A stretch of 32,000 bases of DNA from Zygophlyctis sp. KS116 (taxonomy: Eukaryota > Fungi > Chytridiomycota), in assembly GCA_054661495.1 (NCBI GenBank), contig BAAFSQ010000016.1, positions 30,001 to 62,000 of the forward strand. The letters are read 5' to 3'. Shown one piece after another: positions 1-11,655 of this stretch; position 1 is the first letter of the stretch; each line of letters begins with the position of its first letter. Made by a program: the position numbers and the translations under genes. Below the pieces are notes generated by a model that was given only the letters and a program-made list of their open reading frames with translations, was not told the origin of the DNA and did not search any database.

Positions 1-290
1 GATTCACCTTTTGCAAAACTTGGATTTCCGATCTAAATAGATTTTCACTGCCTATTGTATTAAAAATAGTATAAATTACTCTTAAACTTTAACCGATCAA
101 TTATTTTACATGCAAGCTGAACATTATCGGATTTCCTAGTGACAATCTTTACAATCGCAAATGATCCAGTTCCCAATACATTTCCGATTTGGTATTTTTC
201 TGTAAGAACATCATCAAGCTCTGTAGTATTAGATCTTTCGGAACTGGAAGATTTCTTAAACAAGGCAGATAATTTCTTCAAAAATTTCAT
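1..290 (-). CDS. Ser/Thr protein kinase, CaMK (Cmk1/CaMKI-like), 5' part only; continues beyond window start
   Basis: MKFLKK...KYQIGNVLGTGSFAIVK...LACKII (Gly-rich loop and AxK). A 28-nt GT-AG intron at 79..52 is followed by SENLFRSEIQVLQKVN (alphaC Glu). ATG at 290 is preferred because ELP4 ends at 314. Confidence 0.85.
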
Positions 291-313
291 ATTTAGAGTA
301 AACAAATATAATC

Positions 314-1514
314 TTAAAATAACTCTGAACATGATTTTTCAGATCCTGGAGTTTCTTCTTCTGGGGGCAAATGAAATGTTTCAATAGTAAACTTTTTACG
401 CTGTACTTTAAATCCAAGAGACTTGAGATCTAATGGAGAAATACGTGAGTTTGGAGTTAACGAATGAAACCTTTGTAACCGTATCGGATGAATTAGACCA
501 GTGTATTCCGAGACATATAATGGATTAATATCTCTAGGAGATCCTAAATATTAACAAAAAAACAAAACTTGCCAGAAAACGATTCAACTTCCAAGACAGA
601 GTCGCATGCCCATTCCATTTTCCTAATTAGAGGATGAGAGGAAACATTATAAAAATCATTATATAAATATGCAGGAACTGTTATTAAAACAGCTGCATTA
701 TAAGATCTAAGAATACTCTTTAAAGCATAAAGAAAATGAATGCAAGACTATAAAATCAGTACTTCAAATTTACCATTGTTTGATTACCATTTTGATGATA
801 ATTTTCATTTGATAAATTCGTCAAATCTGGCCATAAACTTGATCCAAAAGAATCTATTCCTATTCTTAAAACAGATTTCGGAGAGTCTTTTTTAATTGAA
901 CTTAAAGACTCTAATTCACTTTTTATGAGTTTTAACAAGTTTAAAAATATCCCTTCTTGACTCTGATTTTCAAGCACTGATTCATCCACAGTTTTCAGTA
1001 AATTGTCTTTATCTAATTTAGTTGTAAGATCAAAACTAGAACAATATAACTGATCTACTGGAGCATTTTGATAAAAATCACTAGATACTGATCCTAAATT
1101 TTGATATCTCCATGCTATTTTCATTTGATCATTCCTTAATTCTCCCAACTGCCTAGTCATTGGCTTTGATCTAATATTAATAGTATTTTTTGAATCATTC
1201 AAACACTGATTATTTTGACCAGATTTAGATTTTGAAAGACCCATTAACCCATCTTTAAAGAGATTTGGATCAGAGTCTAAAGAAACAATCATTCCTTGAT
1301 GCCCACAAACAACACCTTGAGCCATAAAGTATTTTAATATTAACGATGAGTAGTCTGACCAGCGATCTTGTTTGATCATTGTAATAGTCCCTAAAAAGAG
1401 TCCGCCTCCAAGTAGATCATCTAAACTTTGAATTCCAGAAGAGATCTGAGGATGCCGATTGATTTTAACTCCAGGCGGTGCAGAATATCCTGAGAATTGT
1501 CTAAATGAACTCAT
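314..1514 (-). CDS. ELP4: Elongator complex subunit 4 (RecA-like fold)
   Basis: ISSGIQSLDDLLGGG, LILKYFMAQG, MKIAWRYQ, FDLT, LRIGIDSFGSSLW. Spliced exons give HFLYALKSILR and C-terminal LGFKVQRKKFTIETFHLPP...ELF*. Introns at 773..748 (GT-AG) and 572..544 (GC-AG). Confidence 0.92.
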
Positions 1515-1557
1515 AAAATTTACTTAAAATAGAAAACTCTCAGGACAACCTCTAAAA

Positions 1558-2007
1558 ATGTTTGGAAAATGGATCGTCTTGGAAGGGATATCAACTCCTT
1601 GTAAATCAATGGTTACTAGAAGAATTATAAAATCTTATCCTGGATGTATACAACACATTACTCTTGATCTATCAAAAGACTTGGTCTCAAATCTAGAAAA
1701 TATTCTAAAAATTAAGGAAAAGATCTCTAGTCTTTTATTAGAAAACATTTCAGTGATTTGCAATTCTTGGATTTCTTCAAGTTTGGCCATGGCATCGCAA
1801 CCCAAGTCCGATCATGAAATGCGTCTAGTCAATGAAATATTAAAGTCTTCTCGTCCAGACTTATCAGTTGCATTAGTGTCTTTAGGCTCTGAATATGAAA
1901 GAAAACTTTTAGGATCTGAACATATTGATTTAGTCTTGCTTTCAGACCAAGATGACGATGGAATTTCAAGATTAGTTTTAAATCATTTATTGCATCATGA
2001 TTTCTAA
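1558..2007 (+). CDS. Degenerate thymidylate-kinase-like protein (probable pseudo-enzyme)
   Basis: Three dTMP kinase motifs occur in order. GKWIVLEGISTPCKS resembles the P-loop GKLILIEGxDxxGKT, LLENISVICNSWISSSLA resembles LLEGKNIVMDRYVYSGVA, and RPDLSVAL resembles KPDLTLFL. The intronless ORF fills the gap between neighbours. Confidence 0.6.
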   Translation: MFGKWIVLEGISTPCKSMVTRRIIKSYPGCIQHITLDLSKDLVSNLENILKIKEKISSLLLENISVICNSWISSSLAMASQPKSDHEMRLVNEILKSSRPDLSVALVSLGSEYERKLLGSEHIDLVLLSDQDDDGISRLVLNHLLHHDF

Positions 2008-2017
2008 GAAAAATATA

Positions 2018-2503
2018 CTAGCAAATGAGCTTCAATTCCATTAATGATTCTTGAATGATTGATTCTGTAAAGTCATTTGTAATCTTTTCCAGAATATTTG
2101 AATTTTCTAAAGGAATTTCTACATCTGATACTAGTTCCATTTGAACTTGATCATTCTCTTGATCAGTCTTTTCCACTTGTTCTACTTCTTCTTCCAACTC
2201 CATCGGAATAGAAATCGGATCCTCCAAAATTCCCTCCTTATTCACTTGTTGGTCTAATGGTGCCACATTTAGAGATTCCTCAATTTCCATATTTAGAGTT
2301 TGTTCAGAGTAATCGGTTTGAATATCTACTTGAATCATCTCATCCAATGTAAATCTACTAATCTTGAGAGTTGATGTAACTTACAATCTCTTGGCAGACA
2401 TTTCATATTCAGCAATTCTCTTTTTATGAGTCATGATCTCTTCTTGCATCTCTGCAATACATTGTAAGCTGTAAATATATTTATCTCTCAAATCAATAGT
2501 CAT
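2018..2503 (-). CDS. Novel family member 0: N-terminal coiled coil plus acidic tail, no repeat module
   Basis: Exon 1 (2503..2385, missed by the ORF track) encodes MTIDLRDKYIYSLQCIAEMQEEIMTHKKRIAEYE. A GTAAGT intron (2384..2355 or 2358) joins it in frame to the acidic ORF 2018..2347. The N-terminus matches MKIDYQDKYISTLEDILRLRQEV of member C. Confidence 0.7.
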
Positions 2504-2693
2504 TTAATAATTGTTTTTAGAATATTGTAAAATTTGTAGTTTACTCTAGAGAGCATGGCCAGACTTTTATTAAATGGAATTGTTGATGATTACAGGTGCA
2601 TTCATCAAGGATCATGGACAATGCATCATAAAGTATAATGCAATATACGTACATAGATCAGATGTTCAAATTGTGCAAAGCTTCCGATAAAAA

Positions 2694-4685
2694 ATGAAAC
2701 TGCAAGCACAAGTTTTTGACAATGGAGTTGCAATAACCGCTAAAATTGAATTGGATGTAGAAAAGTATATTCCTGCAGTTGCATTGGCTGCTCTAAAGAT
2801 ACCTCAGACTATTCCTCCTCCAGTTCAAGAGGGAGATTCGGTTCCGTTAAGATGTTTTGATCCGGGATTCAAGAATACTATAGTCTGCAAAACTAATATA
2901 TCTTTAATAGAGCCGGATGGAAAATGCTACTATCGTGGATATGATTTGGAAGACTTGGTGGCTAGATGTAACTATTTGGAAGTTTCTTTTCTATTAATAC
3001 ACGGTTATTTACCAAACTCTGTAGAGTATGATAACTGGGCTTATCAAGTACTTCATCATACTTATATTCATACGGAATTACAAGGTCAAATGGCAACTTT
3101 TAGATATGATGCTCATCCGATGGGGATGTTTTTAGCTACGCTTGGTAATTACTAGAAAATTTAGAATTTAGCATCACTATCTACGTTTCATCCTGAAGCT
3201 AATCCGGCTTTAAAAGGTGTTGATATGTATACTAAAGGTGATTCTATACAAGCAAATAGGAAAAGAGCAATCTTTAGAATGTTGGGGAAATCAATGACAA
3301 TAGCTTGTAATACTTATAGGCATAGAATAGGTATGGGAAATTTGGGATTTTAATAAATTAGGGCGTCCATACAATAGTCCAATGCCAAATTGCAAAAATT
3401 ATGCTGAAAATATTTTATACATGGTTGACAAATTAAATGAAGTAGATTATAAACCTGATGGTCGATTAGTTAGAATTCTTGATAAAATATTGATTATACT
3501 TGCTGGTAATTTTTTTAAAGCTTATTTTTTTAGAGCATGGAAGTACTTGCTCTACAGTCATGATGAGGCATTTAGTTTCTAGTGGTGTTGATCCTTATAC
3601 TGCTCTGGCTGGGGCTGGAAGTGCGCTATTTGGAGAACGGAAAAGGTGTTTTTTTAAACTCATTATTAGTGCTGCAGTGATTGATATGATTAAGAAGATT
3701 GAATCGTTAGAAAATATTCCTTCATACTTGGATCATATTGTTAATAAGAAGCCTTACAAGACTGATAAGAAACCACCACTTTTGCAGGGTTTCGGACATC
3801 GAATATACAAGGGAATAGATCCAAGAGTGAAGATGTGCAAGGAGTTGGCTTTTGAGGTGATGCAGTGATTAATAATCTCTAGTTATTTGATTTAATGGGG
3901 AAAGATAGTACTATTGAAATCGCCATTGCCTTAGAAGAGCAGGCAATAGCTCATCCTTGGTTTATTGAGCGTAATCTCTTTTCAAATATTGATTACTGGA
4001 CGGCCATTCTATTTTACACTTTGGGATTTCCTGAAGATATGTTCCCTGTATGGTCTATGGTTCCTCGTATATCTGGATTTATTGCGCATTGGCTCGAGTC
4101 TTTAGATGATCCAGAGTATAAAATTTATAGGCCAAGGCAAATTTTCACTGGTATGAAATATTCCTGATTATAAATAGGAATACCTCATCGATTGTACGAG
4201 GAAGATAACCGGTCTGTAACTGCCTCGTCTTCTCTGGATGCGCGATATGCTAAATCAGATCCTCAGGCTGCCATACGGCGTAATACTGGTGATCAAAGAT
4301 CATCAGCTGATATTCTTGCGCTGATCACAAAAACAGAATCTGAAATCAAACGAGTCAAGTCTGAAATGGCTTCTAGTCATGAACATTTAGAAAAGGTAGA
4401 TACGCCAATTACTGACACTGGTGCTTCAGGGGCTGCTATTTTATCCGCGAGCTGGATGACTAGACAATATTCTCAAGGCAGGTCGATGTCTGATATGAGC
4501 AAGGTATGTTGTTTTATCTTAAATATTAGAAACTGGACCTGCTTCAGATGGAGCTGATCAGTTTAAAGGAGAAACAAAAAAATATGACTTCGCCAGTAGA
4601 TCAGCAGTTTCCTGATCTCAGCTCCGGCGGTCGAAGCTCTCCTCGAGCTATCAACAAGGATACTACTCATGGAATCAAAAAATAA
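2694..4685 (+). CDS. Citrate synthase-like protein (peroxisomal/bacterial type-II-like) with degenerate active site and C-terminal extension
   Basis: LRCFDPGFKNT, YYRGYDLEDL, DAHPMG, FHPEANPAL, EHGSTCST, GFGHRIYK..DPR, NIDYW and IYRPRQIF lie across several short introns. The last exon KLDLLQMEL...GIKK ends at TAA 4683-4685. Confidence 0.88.
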
Positions 4686-4714
4686 GAGTAAAATGAATAA
4701 ATATCTCTGATTTT

Positions 4715-6920
4715 CTACTTATTGTCTTCGTAAAGCTTGCCTAGAATCGATGCAATTCCATCCTTTTTATGCTTGATGTACTTTTCGGGATTCTTGGAAA
4801 AATCGCTTGCTGTTTTTAATGATGAAGAAAAAAATTACCATTATATCTATCGTAAAATCTTTCGTACATTGGTAATAATATATCTCTTATATCTTTGACC
4901 ACTTGCTGTCTAAGGTCGACATCTGGAACTGAGTACGACGTGCTTGTTTTTGCAAATTCATCAAATGATTCATTGAAGCCCTTTAATCATAAATTAGCCA
5001 TTAAATACCTTAAATCTTTCTTTTATCCCTTCTTTTTGTTTTGAAGTCAGCGCATTTACGATAGCACCATCTTGAACATTGGTTGAATCCATTAGAAATT
5101 GAACGCAAGGTATCCAACTACGGATTTAAAAATAAGTATTTTACGTGCTTTTGTAGAGGTCCATCTGTTTAGATAGAAGTCGACTTATATTCTCCAAAAC
5201 AGACTTTTCAATAACATCGTTGAGTTCTGATGTTTGAATGCTTTTCTTAATATAGTGAAAATTATTTAATAGAAAAACGGCAGAGAATACTGCTTTCTTG
5301 TATCCTTTTGCCTTAATTTCAGTGTCAACCAAAAGCGCTTCAATTACTAAGATAATTACAAGATCTTACTTACCCCGGCATATTAATTGCGAAAAGGTTT
5401 TAATATTTACGAAATTCCCACTCTAAAAATAAAATTATTTTGAAATTTTACATTTTGCTTCTCCAATATCAAACTGATTGCCACTTTATATTCATGCAAT
5501 CGTTTTAGAGTATTTAAAGTTGTACTGGTAACTTCATGAATCGTTGCATCAGGCGCTAGAGCTGATAATTTGTTGGGATCAGTCTTTTAATTAGAATTTC
5601 AGCTAAATTACGTTGAGATCACCAATTAAAGATTTCAGAAATAATACAACTACCGTGTTTAATGATTCTTGATAATTCACAAATTCATTTCCTTTTGGTC
5701 CTATATTTCCAAACTATACTTTAAAAGCACAAAAAATACTTCCAGTGCTTCGGTATCACTAAATTCATGTATCGCATTCCATATATCTAAAACAATCGCC
5801 ACATCCCCAAACTCTTTCTTTTGAAGACTCTTTTTAGTTCTATTATAAGCAGATTCTGCAGGCTCTAAAAACTTTTCCGTAGCTTTAGCAAAGACACTAC
5901 CAAAAATGAGCGATCCATACACAGGACTGAAAAACTTTTGAATAAGATCCTTTTCATTCTTTTTTTAAGATTTAAAGTAAACTACCTTCATTAACCATGC
6001 CATCCTTTTATAATAAACAATCAGTAATGTAGAACCTTTATCATATCTGATAGACTTTAAACCGTGTTCCTGTTCTTTTGCCGCCTTATAAATGTCCTTT
6101 AGTGACTGATTTACAAAGTTTTCCCGAGCCGTTTTGTAAATTTCTGCAAAGTTAGAAGCAGCTCCAGCACTATTTACAGATAATTCTAAGTAACGTGTCA
6201 GATTGATTGCTTTTTGAAGTTTATCCTTTGGTAAATGAGGATAACCTTAATTTAATTTTAAATTTCTTACCAACACCATCAAACGCCTTAGCTTCTAACG
6301 GCTCACTGATAAGTTCTAACCATTCTGAGAGCTTTACGTCCAAATTAGCATAAGCCTTTTTTTGCAACTCTTTCTATCAAGAATTAATCCAACAAATTTT
6401 ACCAGACCAATCATAGAAGCATCCCCCGCTGTATACTTTAGATCTTGTAATTTTTCAATTGCCTCTTTGATCCTCTTCATAGATTCTAAATAATCTTCCA
6501 GATGCTCATCAACTATCCTAACCGTGTCAATTAAGTTGTTGTACCCAGTGTTAATAGTAGCCTCTTCAGCAGAGAGCACATCAAAGAGAGATGTTAATTT
6601 TCCAACAATAGACTTCATTTGATTAACGCCTACATTTAAGACACGACTTGTTACGTTCTTCTACTTTAGTGAGCTTCTGAGTTGCAGCATGAATGGGTAT
6701 AATTACTCCTTCTAGTTTACTCAATCGTTGATCTATAGATGTCAGCATTCCAGTCTAAAGCCTAAAAAAACTTGTAAATTACCACTTTGTCTGAAAACAC
6801 ATTTGTCCGAGTTAAACTCATTTCCAAGACTTGTAATTCCTTTTGGTCTTGTTCCAGTTTCAGTTGAAGCTGTCGCTGCTTCTCAAAACGAGACTCTGCC
6901 TTGGAAGCGGACGATATCAT
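4715..6920 (-). CDS. EXO70: Exocyst complex subunit Exo70 (multi-exon)
   Basis: N-terminal MLTSIDQRLSKLEGVIIPIHAATQKL, DATIHEVTSTTL, AVFLLNNFHYI, YSVPDVDLRQQ and C-terminal FSKNPEKYIKH...KLYEDNK*. Exons are separated by short GT-AG introns. Confidence 0.92.
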
Positions 6921-6985
6921 AAACGGGAAATTAAAATAGATTCAGTTCACATTTTAAGAAAAACCACTGTCCCCAATCAAATTCA

Positions 6986-8589
6986 TTAAAATACTGCCGC
7001 CTCGCCAAACCTCTTTTTGAGCTCTGCTGCCGCCCAATCCCTGAACTCATTCTTTAACATTGCAGGGATTCCAAAAGTAGATCTTGCTTGATTGCCATGA
7101 ACATAGCGTAACGCACATTCTTCCTTGAAAGCATCCAATCCCCCCATTTTTTCAATCAAATATTCTTTGGCTCTATTCTTGAACTCTAGACGGAAATCTC
7201 TAGGAGTATCTGAATAAGTTGGCATAACAGACTCTAATACTCTAATAGTTTAGTAAAAAATAAATTTACTTATTGTATAATTCTAGTCCTGAATCATTTA
7301 CGACAGCGTGCTTAACATCAGTTCTAGACACTTTTCTGATTTGATCTGAAGATTCATCAGCCTGAATAGCCCTTTTTTCACCTCGCGGTTCTTTATCCAA
7401 TACAGCTTGAACACTCTTCATATACTTGAATTTTTCACAAAAAGAATCCAGAAAACTATCAGCCATTTCTTGAGGAATAGCCAAGACTTTAATGTCAACT
7501 CCAGGAACATTCAATTTACGCTCTTCCAAAGAATTACTGAGCACAAACGCTTTAACAAAGAGTGCAAATTGCGGTAGATTTAAATTCAAATCTGTAAACT
7601 TCTTTTCGACAATTTCAACCCAAGATATCCATCCTGGAAATGAAGCTTCCTTTGATATTCTCTTCTTTTTAGATGCACTTGACTTTTCTTTTTCAATTTG
7701 AACTTTACCAGATTCTCTTCTTCTTGGAGAGGCAGTCTAACATTAAAAATTTTAAATTTACTTTTCCTAAAATTCTTGCTTGCTCTTCCTTCCATTTAGC
7801 CAACGGACCTCTATCCAGCATTCCTTGCTCAATCTTTTCATCTAACCATTCCCCAAAAGTTTCTTGTAATTTTTCTGGAAGCGCTACAACAATCTTATTC
7901 TTTTCATTCAACACTTTACACTTTTTAACCTTTTCTTCTGGTATATTTTCCAATAAAAATTCTGTAAATGCTGCTTGTAATCTTTGTTTAGCAAGCATTG
8001 CCATTTGTCCCAAACTTCCTGGATGACTTTCTTTAATGACATCAGTCCATGAAATTAGAGTATCTCCGTCCAACTCTTCAAAAGCTTCTTCTTCCTCTTC
8101 TTTATCACTAGCCAGAGTCTTTTCTACTAGATTCTTTTTTGGAGAAACTCGCTTTGGGATAACCTCTTCAACCTCTGAAACAACTTCTTCGGCGTATGCT
8201 TCAGACGGAGTTTGTTCAGAATCTGAAAGAACTTCTTCCACAGACTCTATTTCCCTTGAAGTTTGCTTGACTCTTTCTGGAGAAACATGTCTTTCTTTAA
8301 TAGGAGAAACCTTTTTCTGTGCTGGTGACTGACTAGTTTTGACAGGACTTTTGGTTAAAACTTGAATTTCCGCCTGGTCTTCCTCTCCACCTTCCAATTC
8401 CTTAATTCTAGTGAGAAGCTTTGAAATCAGTTCATCCTTTTGAGCAAGTTTCTCATTGATTTGAACTCTACTTTCCAGTTCTTCAATGTATTTGTTCTTG
8501 TAGTATTCTACAGTCTCTTGCGATGACTTTGGGCTTTTCCCCGAAAACATTGAAGTTAACATTTCGATTTTCTCCGATCTGTAGGACAT
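6986..8589 (-). CDS. Novel family member A: coiled coil + 3 W..GIP..F..W modules
   Basis: YYKNKYIEELES coiled coil. Modules: ISWTDVIKESHPG...VALPEKLQETFGEW, ISWVEIVEKKF...LAIPQEMADSF and LYNKVLESVMP...TFGIPAMLKNEFRDW. Introns 7761..7737 and 7269..7242 restore the frame. Confidence 0.8.
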
Positions 8590-8629
8590 TATCTGCAGAT
8601 TCAATTTTTAATTTGTGATGTAAAAATGT

Positions 8630-8644
8630 AAAAAAAATTAAAAA
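8630..8644 (-). terminator. Putative RNA polymerase III oligo-T terminator of the tRNA
   Basis: T5 and T8 runs on the minus strand start about 7 nt after the tRNA 3' end. Confidence 0.55.
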
Positions 8645-8650
8645 GTAATT

Positions 8651-8723
8651 CGAGACCGGCAGGGTTCGAACCTGCGACCTTCTGGTTCGAAGCCAGACGC
8701 GCTACCGATTACGCCACGACCCC
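8651..8723 (-). tRNA. tRNA-Arg(UCG), intronless
   Basis: GGGGTCG-TG-GCGT AATCGGTA GCGC-G-TCTGG CT TCG AA CCAGA-AGGTC-GCAGG TTCGAAC CCTGC-CGGTCTC-G folds as a 73-nt cloverleaf with A and B boxes and anticodon TCG. Confidence 0.95.
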
Positions 8724-8870
8724 GATGAATGATTAAAATTTGCACTGCTATATATAGCAATATTATTTGCATTTGCACTTTTGCTAGTTTTGAAAAATCG
8801 AGTTGGATAGATACTACTGAGCTTCTTCAAAATGAATAAAATCGCTATTTATTCTTTTCAGTTTATATTC

Positions 8871-10240
8871 TTATAATTGTAGGAGAGCTGATAAAATCAA
8901 AGACAATGTTTCCTTAATTCCAAAATTTCCTATTCCGCTATTCGAAGAAGGAGGTCGAGTAGGATTAATTTTATCAGATCCAGATGACTGATTTTCTGTT
9001 ATAGAGATAGAAGGCTGATTTTCTATTATAGAGATAGATGGCTGATTTTCTATCACTATCATTGCATTAAAAAGTTCCATAGCATTAATTTGATTATGGA
9101 CATTTAAAGGTGGATTAGAATATCCAGGGAGCCAGAAATTACTGCAAGAAAATTCTGAATTGCATGTGGAATTCATTGCAACTGCAGAGGTAGACACCAA
9201 CTTTTTAATTGAATCCTTGATAGAGTTGTCATTACAGTTTTCGAATAAATGGAATAAACCTCTTATAGCAACACCTTTAAATTGTGGCTGATTTTCTTTA
9301 CAACCTCCAGATATTTCACATTGATCAGTTATAATTTCACGATCAGTAAAAACAGTTTGAAAATAAGATAAAACAATTTTAGCATCAGTCAAATATTTGA
9401 TATCTCCTGTGGCTTTGAATAACCATCCAGCTCCTGAAAGAAAAAGTCCTGAATTATAAGAATGCTGATTTTTTTCTATCTGCCAACACTGAGTAGCGTA
9501 TTGACCATCATATATTATTCCTGTATCTGTTACTAAACCAGACTCTTTTAGCCAATTGTACATATCAATAGAATTTTTCAAAATTGATTGATCATTGGTT
9601 AAAAGGAACAATCGTACTCCAAGAACTATTCCTTGAACATTTGAAATTGTAGACTTGTATAGACGATGATTGTCTATATTACTATTTCTATCACGCATCC
9701 AATAAATTCCACCTCCACATTCATTATCCCATTGAGAAAACATTTGATCAAAAGTATTTCTAGCTAATTGGATATACTTGACGCCATTAGGCATATTTGC
9801 ATCTGATCCTAATATTTCAGCTCCTCGAATTACTTGACTTTAACATGATTAAAATTACCTGCCAATCCGTACCATCCCAAATCATCATTCCATCGACCAC
9901 GAATCTGCCAGCTCCCATCAATTCTTGGTCCAATAAAAGATGCCGTCTCCCCAAAGGATGCATTTCCTAATGCACCACCAATCACATTAAGATAACGATC
10001 ATCTTTAGAAGTATAAGAATACTCCATCATTGCACCCCAAAACATACCCATTTCAAACCACTGGAATCCAGAAGAGGTTTCAGATTCAACAGGCGGAATT
10101 ACACCCATTTCGTTTGGAGAATAATATGCCATCAGATTATCAGCGACTTTTGCTGCTGCTTCCAAAATTGAAGCTTTGCTATTTATGGAGAATGCAGCAT
10201 TTGCCACTCTGATAGCCAACAGAAAGACAAAAAAATGCAT
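8871..10240 (-). CDS. Glycoside hydrolase family 76 (Dfg5/Dcw1-like), secreted, probably GPI-anchored
   Basis: Signal peptide MHFFVFLLAIRVANA, catalytic WNDDLGW, CGGGIYW, YKSTISN, IIYDG, SYNSGLFL, FKGVAIRGL, and an S/P-rich stalk with hydrophobic C-terminus. One 26-nt intron at 9858..9833. Confidence 0.9.
8988..9053. repeat. 27-bp coding tandem repeat (~2.5 copies; IENQPSISI) in the GH76 stalk
   Basis: ctgattttc recurs at 8988, 9015 and 9042. Confidence 0.85.
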
Positions 10241-10432
10241 TGGATGTGATAGACTTCAAGTCCCTAACCAAGTAAAAATCAAGTGCTTGGATTAAAAGAT
10301 CTACATGTCAAGGCTGTAGATGCGCATGTAAATTTGATTGCTTGTTAGTCACTGACTGATGGTAGACGACTATTTCCCCCACAAATATGCGATAGTGATG
10401 TCATCGTCACAGTTTCTCAAAAGTCTACGGAA

Positions 10433-11585
10433 ATGGACTCTAATAAGGTTTTAAAGGCGCTAGAAGATAAATGCAGACTGCAGGAACAGCTTAATGCTAA
10501 AAACGAAATAATCGCTCAATTACAATCTCAGATTTCCATACTGACGGCTTCAAGAAAGCTTAAAAGAAGAGTTTCTTTCAGTGATCTAGAATCGGCACTT
10601 GATGAAGATGACAGATTGCAATTCAGATCTACAATCATTAATGCTAAAAGTTTGTACTGTAGAAATATAAACTAATTGATAGATCAGCCTCCCGGAGCAG
10701 CCGATGGATCCATTCTGGTGCTAAAGATTTCAAAAATATAAGCATTGATGGAAAGAAGAGTTCTATTCCAAAATCTAAAAGATTGTCTAAAACTAATCTC
10801 AAGCGATCATCAGAGGGAAGTGATAACGGTATTGAAACTCTAATCTAAACTTAGAGCGTGTACCATATGAAACCAAGGTTGAGGAAATGGAGGGAAATCC
10901 AAATGAAAATATATCTCTTAGGTCAATAATTGAAGATCGGCATAGAGGAAGCTGGGGAGGCATGACTTCTCATCAAAAAATCTCGTTATACAATGCTACA
11001 ACAGCTTTTTTGAAATCTAATAATTTATCTGTAGGGGACAAATTACAAAAATTGGAAATGCCGCGAGCTTTCAAAGTCATTTTTGATGAATATCTTGATT
11101 TTGTAATAGATCAAGATATCTTTGCTAGTTCTAGATCCAAAAACAAAGAGGACAAAATTTCAGATGAACAGATTTTTAATGATGCATTGATTAGACTAAA
11201 AAAGCGCCACCAAGTGGATAGAGCGAATTCTTTAGCTAAAAAAGAATCTACTAAGAGAATATCATTTGGTAAATCTGAAGATTCAGAAATGTTATCTCTC
11301 TCTTCGAGAAAAAAGAGAAAAACTTCTCCAAAGCACCTCAACGGTCCAAAAAAATCGAATTTCTCAAATTTGAGAAATACCAAGAAAATATCATCTGATA
11401 ACAGTGATTTAAAATCAGCGAAAATCCATGCTAAAGCAAATCAGGGGCGAAATAGCCTTTTAGTGGCATCTGTCACAGAGAAATCTTTAAAAGCAAAAAA
11501 AGCCAGCGCAACTAAACTGAAATCTTCAAAATATGAGAAGCATCATGTTGATTTAAGCTCGCTATTCTCGTGGTTTTCCTCTTAA
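10433..11585 (+). CDS. Novel family member B (inverted): coiled coil + 1 module + long basic tail
   Basis: KVLKALEDKCRLQEQLNAKNEIIAQLQSQI coiled coil. Two short introns (~10655-10682 and ~10829-10854) link it to the module ISLRSIIEDRHRG...AFLK...LEMPRAFKVIFDEYLD. RKKRK is NLS-like. Confidence 0.7.
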
Positions 11586-11655
11586 CGAATTTGTAAAGAA
11601 TAAAACAATTTTTACCAAAAAATAGACAATATTTACAAGAGCTGCTATTAACCTC

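Noticed and set aside
139-387. 82-aa plus-strand ORF
   Set aside because: Antisense to the kinase and the ELP4 3' end.
2555-2638. Short ATG-initiated ORF upstream of the citrate-synthase-like gene
   Set aside because: It has 27 codons and no convincing splice into the main frame, so it cannot be distinguished from chance. It may be a uORF.
7492-8332. Plus-strand ORFs overlapping member A
   Set aside because: Antisense shadows of an E/K-rich coding sequence.
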